Below, in pieces: positions 46,317-56,109 of a stretch of 64,000 bases of DNA (positions are counted from its first letter, which is position 1; each line of letters opens with the position of its first letter). A program made the translations under genes and the position numbers. The notes beneath the pieces were generated by a model, which saw nothing but the letters and a program-made list of their open reading frames with translations, was not told where the DNA came from and did not search any database. This DNA is from Accumulibacter sp. (GTDB lineage: Bacteria > Pseudomonadota > Gammaproteobacteria > Burkholderiales > Rhodocyclaceae): the NCBI GenBank assembly GCA_031266435.1, contig JAISAZ010000103.1, positions 16,119 through 80,118 on the forward strand. The letters run 5' to 3'.

Positions 46317-47476
46317 TGGATCATGACTTCAGCGTTCCTCGCCGCTTTCCAGCCGAGCTGGATATGACGCTCCTGTGGAGCAGTCTGTTGCTCCTCCTTT
46401 TCGGTATGGTAATGGTCTATTCGGCGTCGATCGCGATCGCCGAAGGGAGCCGGTATTCGGGGAACCAGCCCGCGTATTTTCTCGTCCGCCACGTCGTCTT
46501 TTTGACCGTCGGACTGCTCGCGGCGCTCTGCGCTTTTCAGGTTCCGCTCAAGGTCTGGCAGCGTTTCGCGCCCTGGCTCTTCATCGGCGGCGTCTTTCTC
46601 CTGGTCGTCGTCCTCGTTCCGGGGGTCGGGCGCGCGGTCAACGGCGCGCGCCGCTGGCTGCCCTTCGGCCCCTTCAACCTTCAGCCCTCCGAGTTGATGA
46701 AGCTCTTCGCCGTTTTGTACGCGTCGGATTACACGGTGCGGAAAATGCCGTATATGCAGGACCTGAAGCGCGCGTTCATCCCCATGTCGGTGGCGATGGT
46801 GACCGTCGGCGTCCTCCTGCTCAAGGAGCCCGATTTCGGCGCCTTCGTCGTCATCATCTCGGTGGCGACCGGGATTCTTTTCCTGGGCGGGATGCGGGCG
46901 CGCCTCTTCGCGATCCTGATCGTCCTTCTGGTGGTCGCGTTCGCCGTCCTGATCATCGTGTCCCCGTACCGGCGCGACCGAATCTTCGGGTTCATGGACC
47001 CCTGGTCGGACGCCTACGGTCGCGGCTACCAGCTCTCGCACGCGCTGATCGCTTTCGGGCGAGGGGAGTGGTTCGGCGTCGGCTTGGGTTCGAGCGTCGA
47101 AAAACTTTTCTATCTGCCGGAAGCGCATACCGACTTCCTGCTTGCGGTGATCGCCGAAGAACTCGGCTTTTTCGGCGTCGTCGCCGTCATCGTCCTCTTC
47201 GGACTCCTCGTCCAGCGCGCGTTTGCGATCGGACGTCAGGCGGTGACGCTCGAACGCCTCTACCCCGCGCTCGTCGCGCAAGGGGTCGGCATCTGGATCG
47301 GGATTCAGGGCTTCGTCAATATGGGCGTCAATATGGGACTTCTGCCGACGAAGGGGCTCACGCTCCCGCTGATGAGCTTCGGCGGGTCGGGAATCCTCGC
47401 GAATTGCCTCGCGCTTTCGATTCTCCTGCGCGTCGATTGGGAAAACCGGCAACTGATGCGGGGTGCGCGCGTATGA
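46316..47476 (+). CDS. ftsW: Peptidoglycan polymerase FtsW
   Basis: GARRW, QPSE..K, EPDFG, LPEAHTDF, PTKGLTLPLMSFGGS. Confidence 0.96.
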   Translation: MDHDFSVPRRFPAELDMTLLWSSLLLLLFGMVMVYSASIAIAEGSRYSGNQPAYFLVRHVVFLTVGLLAALCAFQVPLKVWQRFAPWLFIGGVFLLVVVLVPGVGRAVNGARRWLPFGPFNLQPSELMKLFAVLYASDYTVRKMPYMQDLKRAFIPMSVAMVTVGVLLLKEPDFGAFVVIISVATGILFLGGMRARLFAILIVLLVVAFAVLIIVSPYRRDRIFGFMDPWSDAYGRGYQLSHALIAFGRGEWFGVGLGSSVEKLFYLPEAHTDFLLAVIAEELGFFGVVAVIVLFGLLVQRAFAIGRQAVTLERLYPALVAQGVGIWIGIQGFVNMGVNMGLLPTKGLTLPLMSFGGSGILANCLALSILLRVDWENRQLMRGARV

Positions 47477-48534
47477 GCCGGACGATCATGATCATGGCAG
47501 GCGGAACCGGAGGGCATATTTTCCCCGGTCTCGCCGTCGCCGACGTCATGAAGCGGCGCGGATGGAGAGTCGTCTGGATGGGAAACCCGGACGGAATGGA
47601 AGCGCAACTCGTCCCGCTCTACAACTACCCGATGGCACCCTTGCGTTTTTCCGGCGTGCGCGGCAAGGGCGCGCTCCGGAAGCTGACGCTCCCGTTCTCG
47701 CTTTTTGGCGCGTGTCGGCAGGCGAGCGGCGAACTCCGCCGTTTTCGCCCGAACGTCGTTTTGGGGATGGGGGGCTACGCGAGTTTTCCGGGCGGCCTGG
47801 CGGCGTTTCTGCGCGGGTGCCCGCTCGTCATTCACGAGCAGAACGCGATCCCCGGTCTTGCGAACACCGTCCTTTCGAAATTCGCCAAGCGCGTCGTCTC
47901 GGGCTTTCCCAAGGTCTTTCCGAAAAAGGGCGAGTGGGTCGGAAACCCGATCCGCGCCGACATCGCGCGCATCGAAGCGCCGGAAAAACGTTATGCGGAA
48001 CGCAATTCGAGGCTGCGCCTTCTCGTCCTCGGCGGGAGCCTCGGCGCCGCGGCGATCAACGAAGTCGTTCCGAAAGGCATCGGGCTCCTCGTCGAAGAAG
48101 AACGCCCCCTCATCGTCCACCAGTCCGGCGAGAAGCATCTGGAAAAGCTGAAAGAAAACTACGCGGCCGCCGGCGTTCCGGCGACGTGCGTCGCGTTCAT
48201 CGACGATATGGCGGGCGCGTACGAATGGGCGGACCTCGTCCTGTGCCGCGCCGGCGCGCTGACGATCGCGGAACTCGCGGCCGCCGGCGTGGCGAGCATC
48301 CTCGTCCCTTTGCCGCAGGCCGTCGACGACCATCAGACGCTGAACGCGAAATTCCTGTCGATGACCGGCGGCGCGGTCCTCCTGCCGCAGGAAAAAATGC
48401 AACCCGAATCGATCCGTCTGATCCGCAACTATACGCGCAGCCAGTTGGCGCAGATGGCCGAAAAAGCGAACCTCCAGGCCATGCCGCACGCGGCGGAGCG
48501 CGTGGCCGATATCTGTGAAGAGTGCGCGCGATGA
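47473..48534 (+). CDS. murG: Lipid II GlcNAc transferase MurG
   Basis: [44 protein letters not shown]. Confidence 0.96.
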   Translation: MSRTIMIMAGGTGGHIFPGLAVADVMKRRGWRVVWMGNPDGMEAQLVPLYNYPMAPLRFSGVRGKGALRKLTLPFSLFGACRQASGELRRFRPNVVLGMGGYASFPGGLAAFLRGCPLVIHEQNAIPGLANTVLSKFAKRVVSGFPKVFPKKGEWVGNPIRADIARIEAPEKRYAERNSRLRLLVLGGSLGAAAINEVVPKGIGLLVEEERPLIVHQSGEKHLEKLKENYAAAGVPATCVAFIDDMAGAYEWADLVLCRAGALTIAELAAAGVASILVPLPQAVDDHQTLNAKFLSMTGGAVLLPQEKMQPESIRLIRNYTRSQLAQMAEKANLQAMPHAAERVADICEECAR

Positions 48535-49931
48535 AACACAAGGTCAAAAACATCCATTTCGTCGGAATCGGCGGATCGGGAATGAGCGGGATCGCCGAAG
48601 TTCTGAACAACCTGGGCTACCGCGTCAGCGGTTCCGACCTCGCCGAGAGCGCGGTGACGCGCAGGCTCGCCGGACTCGGAATCCGAACGGTGACGGGGCA
48701 CGCGGAACAAAACGTCGAAGGCGCCGACGCCGTCGTCGTCTCGACCGCGATCCGGGGCGACAATCCCGAAGTCTCCGCCGCGCGCGCGCGCGGAACCCCT
48801 GTCGTGCCGCGCGCGCAGATGCTCGCGGAGCTGATGCGCTTCAAGAAGGGGATCGCCGTCGCCGGAACGCACGGCAAGACGACGACGACGAGCCTCGTCG
48901 CGTCGATTCTCGCCGAGGCCGGGATGGACCCGACCTTCGTGATCGGCGGCGTCCTCAACGCCGCGTGCGCCAACGCGCGGCTCGGCACCGGCGATTACCT
49001 TGTCGCCGAAGCCGACGAATCCGACGTTTCATTTCTGGTGCTCTCTCCCGTCGTTTCGATCGTGACGAATATCGACGCCGACCACATGGAGAGCTACGGA
49101 CACGACTTCGATCGCCTGAAGCAAGCCTTCGTCGACTTTCTGCTGCGCCTTCCATTCTACGGCGTCGCCGTGCTGTGCTCGGACGACGCGCGCGTGCGCG
49201 AGATCATCCCGCAAGTACCCAAGCAGATCATCCGCTACGCGATCGACGACGGCTCAGCCGCCGTACGCGCCGAAAACATGAGTGCGCGCGGCGGAAAGAT
49301 GTTCTTCGACTGCGTCCGTACCAACGGAGTGATCACTCGCTTTCCCGTCACGCTCAACCTGCCGGGGGTGCACAATGTATTGAATGCGCTCGCGGCAATC
49401 GCCGTGGCGACCGAACTCAACGTCCCGGATTCGGCGATCGTCCGCGCGCTCGCCGAGTTCAAGGGCGTCGGCAGGCGCTTTCAGCGTTACGGCGAAATCG
49501 CGCTGCCGGACGGCGGCCGCTTCACGCTGATCGACGACTACGGGCACCACCCCGCCGAAATGCGCGCGACGATCGCCGCGGCGCGCGGCGCCTTCCCGGA
49601 AAAGCGGCTCGTCCTCGCCTTCCAGCCGCACCGCTACACGCGGACGCGCGACTGCTTCGAGGATTTCATTTCGGTACTGGGGAACGTCGACTCCTTGATC
49701 CTGACCGAGGTCTACCCGGCGGGCGAGGCGCCGATCGTCGCCGCCGACGCGCGTTCGCTCGCGCGCGCGCTCCGCGTTGCCGGACGCGTCGAGCCGCTTT
49801 TCGTCGAAAACGTCGCCGACATGCCGCAGGCGATCCTCGGCGCGGCGAGCGACGGCGACGTTGTCATAACGATGGGCGCGGGTTCGATCGGAAGCGTTCC
49901 GGGGCGGCTCGCGGTGGGAGAAAAGCGATGA
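48531..49931 (+). CDS. murC: UDP-MurNAc-L-Ala ligase MurC
   Basis: [46 protein letters not shown]. Confidence 0.97.
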   Translation: MKHKVKNIHFVGIGGSGMSGIAEVLNNLGYRVSGSDLAESAVTRRLAGLGIRTVTGHAEQNVEGADAVVVSTAIRGDNPEVSAARARGTPVVPRAQMLAELMRFKKGIAVAGTHGKTTTTSLVASILAEAGMDPTFVIGGVLNAACANARLGTGDYLVAEADESDVSFLVLSPVVSIVTNIDADHMESYGHDFDRLKQAFVDFLLRLPFYGVAVLCSDDARVREIIPQVPKQIIRYAIDDGSAAVRAENMSARGGKMFFDCVRTNGVITRFPVTLNLPGVHNVLNALAAIAVATELNVPDSAIVRALAEFKGVGRRFQRYGEIALPDGGRFTLIDDYGHHPAEMRATIAAARGAFPEKRLVLAFQPHRYTRTRDCFEDFISVLGNVDSLILTEVYPAGEAPIVAADARSLARALRVAGRVEPLFVENVADMPQAILGAASDGDVVITMGAGSIGSVPGRLAVGEKR

Positions 49932-50857
49932 AAGAAGTCCGTACGCCGCAAATACCCAATTTCGGAAAAGTCGCCGTTCTCATGGGCGGTGTCTCGGCGG
50001 AGCGCGAGGTTTCCTTGCACGGCGGCGAGCGCGTCCTCGAGGCGCTACGCCGCCAGGGCGTCGACGCCTACCCTTTCGACCCAGCGGAAAAGAGGCTCGA
50101 AGAACTCGGCGCCTTCGACCGCGCCTTCGTCGTCCTGCACGGACGCTACGGCGAGGACGGAACGCTGCAGGGCTTCCTCGAACAACTCAGGATTCCCTAC
50201 ACGGGGAGCGGCGTTCTGGCATCGGCGCTCGGAATGGATAAATGGCGCAGCAAATTGCTCTGGCGCGCGGCGGGGCTTTCGGTTCCCGACTGCGTTTTGC
50301 TCAAAGCCGACGGCGATTTCGTGCGCGTCGGCAAGGAACTGGGTTTCCCCCTTTTCGTGAAGCCCGCGCGCGAAGGCTCGTCGATCGGCGTGTCTCTCGT
50401 CAAAAAGGTCTCTGAAATGCTTCCCGCGTACGAACTCGCGTCGAAATACGACACGTCGGTTCTCGCCGAGCGCGGTCTCTTTGGCGGCGAGTATACCGTC
50501 GCGATCGTCGGCGACGACGTGCTTCCGAGCATCCGCATCGACGTGGCGACCGAATTCTACGACTACGACGCAAAATACCTGCGCGAAGACACGCGCTACC
50601 TCTGTCCGTCCGACCTCTCAGAAGCGCGTGAATTCGAATTGCGCGCCGCCGCGCTCGAAGCCTTCCGAACACTCGGCGGACGCGGGTGGGGGCGGATCGA
50701 TTTTCTGATGGACGAGGTGGGGAAAGCCTATTTGCTCGAAGCGAACACCGCTCCGGGAATGACCGATCATTCGCTCGTCCCGATGGCGGCGCGCGTCGCC
50801 GGGATTTCCTACGACCGCCTGGTCATGCGGGTTCTCGAAGAAGCCACGCTGGGATGA
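49928..50857 (+). CDS. ddl: D-alanine--D-alanine ligase
   Basis: [46 protein letters not shown]. Confidence 0.96.
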   Translation: MKEVRTPQIPNFGKVAVLMGGVSAEREVSLHGGERVLEALRRQGVDAYPFDPAEKRLEELGAFDRAFVVLHGRYGEDGTLQGFLEQLRIPYTGSGVLASALGMDKWRSKLLWRAAGLSVPDCVLLKADGDFVRVGKELGFPLFVKPAREGSSIGVSLVKKVSEMLPAYELASKYDTSVLAERGLFGGEYTVAIVGDDVLPSIRIDVATEFYDYDAKYLREDTRYLCPSDLSEAREFELRAAALEAFRTLGGRGWGRIDFLMDEVGKAYLLEANTAPGMTDHSLVPMAARVAGISYDRLVMRVLEEATLG

Positions 50858-50860
50858 ACG

Positions 50861-51628
50861 ATGTGGAACAGTCCGCGCTTGATGAACGCCCTGGCGAACC
50901 TGCTCTGCACGATGGCCACCGCAGCGGTGCTCGTGCGCGTGGCGCATTGGGGATTGCGGCAGTCGTGGTTCCCGCTGCGCGAGGTCGCCCTCACGAGCGA
51001 ATTGAAAGAAGTGCGGCGCGGCGACCTGGAGCGCGTGCTTGCCGAACGCGCGCGCGGGAGTTTTTTCAGCGTCGACCTCGACGCGATGCGCGCGTCGATC
51101 GAAGAGATTTCGTGGGTACGCCGTGCGGAAGTACGGCGTCAATGGCCGATGCGCGTCGAAGTGAAGATCGAAGAACACGTTCCGGCGGCTTTTTGGGGGC
51201 GCGATTCGAAACACCTGGTCAATACGCATGGGGAGGTTTTTTCCGCGGTCATCAGAAAGCACCCCTTCGCGGCGATGCCCGTCCTGGTCGGGCCGACGGG
51301 GCTTGCGCCGGAAATGCTGCAATACTACCGAATTTCCAGCGAAGCGCTCAAAAGCGCCTCGCTAAAACCGCGCGCGCTCGTCGTGTCGCCCCGGCTCGCG
51401 CTCCAGATACGTCTGGACGACGGGACGATCCTCGAATTGGGGCGTCGCCACGCCGGACGCCCGTTGAAGAATCGCCTCGATACCTTCGTCGAATATTATA
51501 CCCAAGGCATTTCTCCGCCCTTGGCGCGGCGTCCCGGGGTCGTCGATATGCGGTATCCGAACGGTTTTGCACTGCGCGTCGGCGCGCCGGCGGGCAGCGA
51601 GAGCAGAGGGATTCATGAACAGGGATAA
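50861..51628 (+). CDS. ftsQ: Cell division protein FtsQ
   Basis: TM segment, POTRA FFSVDL..WVRRAEVRRQWP, VDMRYPNGFA. Confidence 0.93.
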   Translation: MWNSPRLMNALANLLCTMATAAVLVRVAHWGLRQSWFPLREVALTSELKEVRRGDLERVLAERARGSFFSVDLDAMRASIEEISWVRRAEVRRQWPMRVEVKIEEHVPAAFWGRDSKHLVNTHGEVFSAVIRKHPFAAMPVLVGPTGLAPEMLQYYRISSEALKSASLKPRALVVSPRLALQIRLDDGTILELGRRHAGRPLKNRLDTFVEYYTQGISPPLARRPGVVDMRYPNGFALRVGAPAGSESRGIHEQG

Positions 51629-52847
51629 GAAGGACATCGTCGTCGGCCTCGATATCGGCACGAGCAAGACCATTGCGCTCGTCGCGGAAATCGACCTCGA
51701 AGGAAGTCTGAATATCATCGGTACCGGCGTTCAGGATTCCAACGGCTTGATCAAGGGCGTCGTTTCGAGCATCGAAAAGACCGTCGCGACGATCGACCGC
51801 GTCGTTCGTGAAGTCGCGCTGATGGCAGATTGCGAAGTCCGGGAAGTGTATACGGGGATCGCCGGGAGCCACATCAAGAGCTTCAATTCAAACGGGATCG
51901 TCGCGGTCAAGGACAAGGAAGTGACGCAGATGGACGTCGAGCGCGCGATCGAAACCGCCAAGGCGATGCCGATCCCCGCCGACCAGGAAATACTGCATAT
52001 CCTGACGCAGGAATTCATCATCGACGAGCAGGACGGCATCCGCGAACCGATCGGGCTGACCGGCCATCGCCTCGAAGTCAAGGTTCATATCGTGACCGGC
52101 GCCGTCTCGGCGGCGCAGAACATCGTCAAATGCGTTCGGCGTTGCGGGATGGAAGTCGTCGACCTCGTCCTGCAGCCGCTCGCTTCGAGCTACGCCGTCC
52201 TGTCCGAGGACGAAAAGGACCTCGGAATCTGCCTGATCGACATCGGCGGCGGGACGACGGACATCGCGGTCTGGACGCAAGGGGCGATCCGCTATACGCA
52301 CGTCATCCCGATCGCGGGGGACCAGGTCACGAACGATATTGCGATGGCGTTCCATACGCCCCGGCGTGAGGCCGAGGAGATCAAGCGGCGCTTCGGCTGC
52401 GCGCTTTCGGAACTCGCCGACCACGAGGACGTGATCGACGTGGCGGGCGTCGACGACCGGCCGTCGCGCAAGCTCTCGCGGCGCGTACTCGCGGATGTCA
52501 TCGAACCGCGCGTCGAAGAGCTTTTCGAACTCGTCCAGGCCGAACTGCGGCGTTCGGGCTTCGAAGAAATCCTCTCGTCGGGGATCGTCCTGACCGGCGG
52601 GTCGTCGGTCATGCCCGGAATGATCGAGTTGGGAGAAGAGGTTTTCCACATGCCGGTACGGCTGGGGATTCCGAAATACGGAGGCGCGCTCGCCGATGTC
52701 GTTCGTTCGCCGCGCTATTCGACGGCTTACGGTCTGCTTCTGGAAGCGCAGGCGCAGAAAAAGCGGGGTCGGAAGGTCAGAGAGACGCACTGGGGTTTGA
52801 AACAGGTGTTCGACCGGATGCGTTCGTGGTTCGAGAAGAATTTTTAG
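51615..52847 (+). CDS. ftsA: Cell division protein FtsA
   Basis: GLDIGTSK, DIGGGTTD, VLTGG..PG, SPRYSTAYGLL. Confidence 0.97.
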   Translation: MNRDKKDIVVGLDIGTSKTIALVAEIDLEGSLNIIGTGVQDSNGLIKGVVSSIEKTVATIDRVVREVALMADCEVREVYTGIAGSHIKSFNSNGIVAVKDKEVTQMDVERAIETAKAMPIPADQEILHILTQEFIIDEQDGIREPIGLTGHRLEVKVHIVTGAVSAAQNIVKCVRRCGMEVVDLVLQPLASSYAVLSEDEKDLGICLIDIGGGTTDIAVWTQGAIRYTHVIPIAGDQVTNDIAMAFHTPRREAEEIKRRFGCALSELADHEDVIDVAGVDDRPSRKLSRRVLADVIEPRVEELFELVQAELRRSGFEEILSSGIVLTGGSSVMPGMIELGEEVFHMPVRLGIPKYGGALADVVRSPRYSTAYGLLLEAQAQKKRGRKVRETHWGLKQVFDRMRSWFEKNF

Positions 52848-52870
52848 GCTTTTTTGCAGAGGAGAAAACG

Positions 52871-54037
52871 ATGTTCGAAATTATCGACAAGGAAGATCCG
52901 GGGACCGTCATCCGGGTGATCGGCGCCGGAGGCGCGGGCGGAAACGCGATCGACCACATGATCCGCGAGAACGTCCAGGGCGTCGGTTTCGTCGCGGTGA
53001 ATACCGACGCGCAGGCGCTCAAGCGTTCGAAGGCCGAAGTGAAACTCCAGCTCGGAAAGACCGGGCGCGGCGCCGGTGCGAAACCCGACGTCGGTCGCAC
53101 CGCCGCGATCGAGGCGCGCGAGGAGATCGCACAGGCGATCAAGGGCGCGCATATGGTCTTCATCACGGCAGGAATGGGCGGCGGGACGGGGACGGGCGCC
53201 GCACCCGTCATCGCCGAACTCGCGCGCGAAATGGGAATCCTCACGGTCGCCGTCGTGACGAAGCCTTTCGATTTCGAGGGGACGCGCAGCAAGGTCGCCG
53301 AGGCGGGGATCGCCGAACTGCAAAAGAACGTCGATTCGCTGATCGTCATCCTCAACGAGAAGCTGATGGAAGTCCTCGAAGACGACGTTTCGCTCGACGA
53401 CGCGTTCAAGGCCGCCGACAGCGTCCTGCGGAATGCCGTCGGCGGGATCGCCGAAATCATCACGTGTCCGGGACTCATCAACGTCGACTTCGAAGACGTG
53501 CGGACGGTCATGGGTGAAATGGGGATGGCAATGATGGGGTCGGCGACGGCGTCCGGTGTCGACCGCGCGCGCGTCGCCGCCGAGCAAGCCGTCGCGTCCC
53601 CGCTGCTCGAAGGGATCAACCTCCTCGGTGCGAAAGGCGTCCTCGTCAACATTACGGCGAGCCGCGCGCTGAAGCTGAAGGAAGTCTATGACGTCATGGG
53701 CACCGTGCGCGAATTCGCCGCCGAGGACGCGCATATCATCCACGGCGCCGTCTATGACGAGTCAATGGGCGACGACATTCGCGTCACGGTCGTGGCGACC
53801 GGACTCGGTCAGCAGGTGAAAAGGCAGCCGCTCGAAGTCATCCGCGCGGCGCCGATCCAGGCGACCGGGACCGACGGCGGCTTCGGCGCGGCGGGGCCGG
53901 CGGGTGTCGATTACAGCCAGCTCGACCGGGAGCCGGCGGTCGTGCGCAGAGGGCGTAGCCAGCAGGTCGAAGCGCTGGCCAACAGTGGCGTCGACCGTTA
54001 CGATATCCCGGCGTTTTTACGCAAACAGGCCGATTGA
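52871..54037 (+). CDS. ftsZ: Cell division protein FtsZ
   Basis: GAGGAGGNA, AGMGGGTGTG, INVDFEDV, C-terminal DIPAFLRKQAD. Confidence 0.98.
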   Translation: MFEIIDKEDPGTVIRVIGAGGAGGNAIDHMIRENVQGVGFVAVNTDAQALKRSKAEVKLQLGKTGRGAGAKPDVGRTAAIEAREEIAQAIKGAHMVFITAGMGGGTGTGAAPVIAELAREMGILTVAVVTKPFDFEGTRSKVAEAGIAELQKNVDSLIVILNEKLMEVLEDDVSLDDAFKAADSVLRNAVGGIAEIITCPGLINVDFEDVRTVMGEMGMAMMGSATASGVDRARVAAEQAVASPLLEGINLLGAKGVLVNITASRALKLKEVYDVMGTVREFAAEDAHIIHGAVYDESMGDDIRVTVVATGLGQQVKRQPLEVIRAAPIQATGTDGGFGAAGPAGVDYSQLDREPAVVRRGRSQQVEALANSGVDRYDIPAFLRKQAD

Positions 54038-54126
54038 CGCGCAGTTACGCCGAAGGATAAACCGACCCGGCGCGATTGCGCGGGGTTTCGGAGGGTATTC
54101 GCACGTTCGGCGCGGAAGGCGGCGTG

Positions 54127-54226
54127 ATTCCTTTCCAGTTCATTCATGCCGAGAAGACGAGCCGCAGACAGTACAAACAGTACGGCAAGGCGAGTCGACA
54201 ATGGAATGGATGAACTGGAAATGGAA
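54127..54226. repeat. ~100-bp MITE/REP-like element (copy 2)
   Basis: Same core and terminal inverted repeats as 1611-1713; between ftsZ and lpxC. Confidence 0.85.
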
Positions 54227-54309
54227 GGAGAAGCGATTGCGGAAAGGGAAGATTGTTAAAACCTCTGCCATGTTACAATCTTCCTCTTTCAGTATTCTCC
54301 GATCGCAGT

Positions 54310-55251
54310 ATGTTGAAGCAGCGCACATTGAAGTCTTCCGTCCGCGCCTCCGGCGTCGGTCTGCATTCCGGAGCGAGGGTCACGATGCTCCTGCGTCCGG
54401 CCCCGCCGGATACCGGAATTGTTTTTCGGCGCATCGACGCGAACCCCGCCGTCGACCTTCCCGCGGACGCGATGAAGGTCGGCGATACGCGCCTGTGTTC
54501 GTGCCTTGAAGTCGATTCTCCCCAGGGGAAGTTCCGCGTCGGAACGATAGAGCATTTGATGTCGGCTTTTTCCGGCATGGGGGTCGACAACGCCTACGTC
54601 GACCTCGACGCGGCGGAACTGCCGATCCTCGACGGTTCGGCTTCGCCCTTCGTCTTCCTGATCCAGTCGGTGGGCGTCGAAGAACAGCCGGTTCCCCGAA
54701 AGTTCATCCGCGTCAAGCGGAGCGTTTCGGTCCGCGAGTGCGACGATTCGGGCGAAAAATGGGCGCGCCTCGACCCCTTCGACGGCTTCAAACTCACATT
54801 TTCGATCGTTTTCAACCACCCGGCAATCGACCGCACGGGACAAGAGCTTACGATCGACTTCGGCGAGCACTCCTACGCCCGTGAAATCGCGCGCGCGCGG
54901 ACTTTCGGCTTCATGCAGGAAGTCGAATGGCTGCACGAAAACGGGCTGGCGCAGGGCGGCGGCCTCGAAAACGCCGTCGTCCTCGACGAATTCCACGTCC
55001 TGAACGGAGACGGTCTGCGTTACGGCGACGAATTCGTGAAGCACAAGGCGCTCGACGCGATCGGCGACCTTTATCTGCTCGGCCACCCCCTGCTCGCGGC
55101 CTTTTCGGCGCACAAATCGGGTCACGCCTTGAACAACCTGCTCGCGCGCGAACTTCTCGCGCAGCCCGACGCCTGGGAATACGCGAGCTTCGAAGACGCC
55201 GCGTCGATCCCCGGCGGTGTCGCGCGCTGGCAAACGCAGCTGGCGTTCTGA
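54310..55251 (+). CDS. lpxC: UDP-3-O-acyl-GlcNAc deacetylase LpxC
   Basis: [46 protein letters not shown]. Confidence 0.97.
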   Translation: MLKQRTLKSSVRASGVGLHSGARVTMLLRPAPPDTGIVFRRIDANPAVDLPADAMKVGDTRLCSCLEVDSPQGKFRVGTIEHLMSAFSGMGVDNAYVDLDAAELPILDGSASPFVFLIQSVGVEEQPVPRKFIRVKRSVSVRECDDSGEKWARLDPFDGFKLTFSIVFNHPAIDRTGQELTIDFGEHSYAREIARARTFGFMQEVEWLHENGLAQGGGLENAVVLDEFHVLNGDGLRYGDEFVKHKALDAIGDLYLLGHPLLAAFSAHKSGHALNNLLARELLAQPDAWEYASFEDAASIPGGVARWQTQLAF

Positions 55252-55518
55252 TCAGGGATCAGAGGACAGAGGACAGAGGACAGAGGACAGAACGGTCTTC
55301 GACCTTTGTAGTCAGTTGCCTGTAATCAGAAGGAGCGTCCCATCCGACATCTGACGACTGAAAACTGGCCACAAAGCGAGCGCTCAGTCTTCTATCTTCT
55401 GTCTTCTGTCTTCAGTCCTCTGATCCCCGTCCTCTGATCCCTGTCTCCTGATACCTGAAATGGCTTGCGCTTCGCGCAAGCGAGGTGTTGGGCATCGCTG
55501 CGCTCACCCCAACCTATA
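55250..55518. repeat. Mosaic repeat cluster C5
   Basis: Heptamer array directly after the lpxC stop, 82-bp core 55293-55374, inverted heptamers 55385-55460, 64-bp hairpin + REP-A block 55454-55517. Confidence 0.9.
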
Positions 55519-55980
55519 CCTGATTTGATGGCGCAATTGCTTTGTCGTGAGCCTTCGCCCTGCCGAATCATCGGCATAATACATAAGCGCCTCGTCCGAT
55601 TTCAAAGGCAACAGTTCGATGAAGTGCGACCAACTCAATTGTTGCGCCAGCGGCGCAACAATCTCGATATCGGGAAATCTTCTGGAAAACTGTATCATGC
55701 GCCGGATATTCGTATAATCGAAAGAGCTTCCATATCGTCTTTTCAATTGCTGTGCCAAAGACGCAACAATCCTTTTTCCGTATTCCGCGCGTTCACCGTC
55801 GAGCAAAAATGCCTCGACAAACCGCCCGATTTCCCAATACATCAGCGTAATTTCGCGATTCGCGCAGGCTCCGGCGCGGGATTTGCGATTTTCGATAATC
55901 GTCGAAACACGCTCAAATAGAGCAGCCTCCTCTGCCGATGTTGTTTCTCTCGAAACAAGCCGGCCCTTTTCCTTATTCAT
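55504..55980 (-). pseudogene. DUF1016/YhcG-family protein, N-terminal domain only, truncated by a REP-A repeat
   Basis: MYWEIG..RAEYGK.IV..LA..L...YG.SF...N.RRM.QF..LSWSHFIELL motifs; the frame enters REP-A at ...HQIR|YRLG* and stops inside it; no C-terminal PD-(D/E)xK domain follows. Confidence 0.85.
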
Positions 55981-56109
55981 TCGTTTCCTTGTTTTTCTTG
56001 TCTGGGATCGTTTCCGTCGTACCCGAAATACCTCACACAAGCGACACACCGCGCTTGAAGTGCAAACCCTGGCTTTATCAAGGGAGGAATGGGGATATCA
56101 TACACTCAC

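Noticed and set aside
49900-49960. Absence of murB between murC and ddl
   Set aside because: Normal arrangement in beta- and gammaproteobacterial dcw clusters.
55340-55370. Hammerhead ribozyme (CTGACGA..GAAA) in the C5 core
   Set aside because: No stem II between CUGANGA and GAAA, and the homologous C4 core reads CTGAATA, losing the catalytic consensus.
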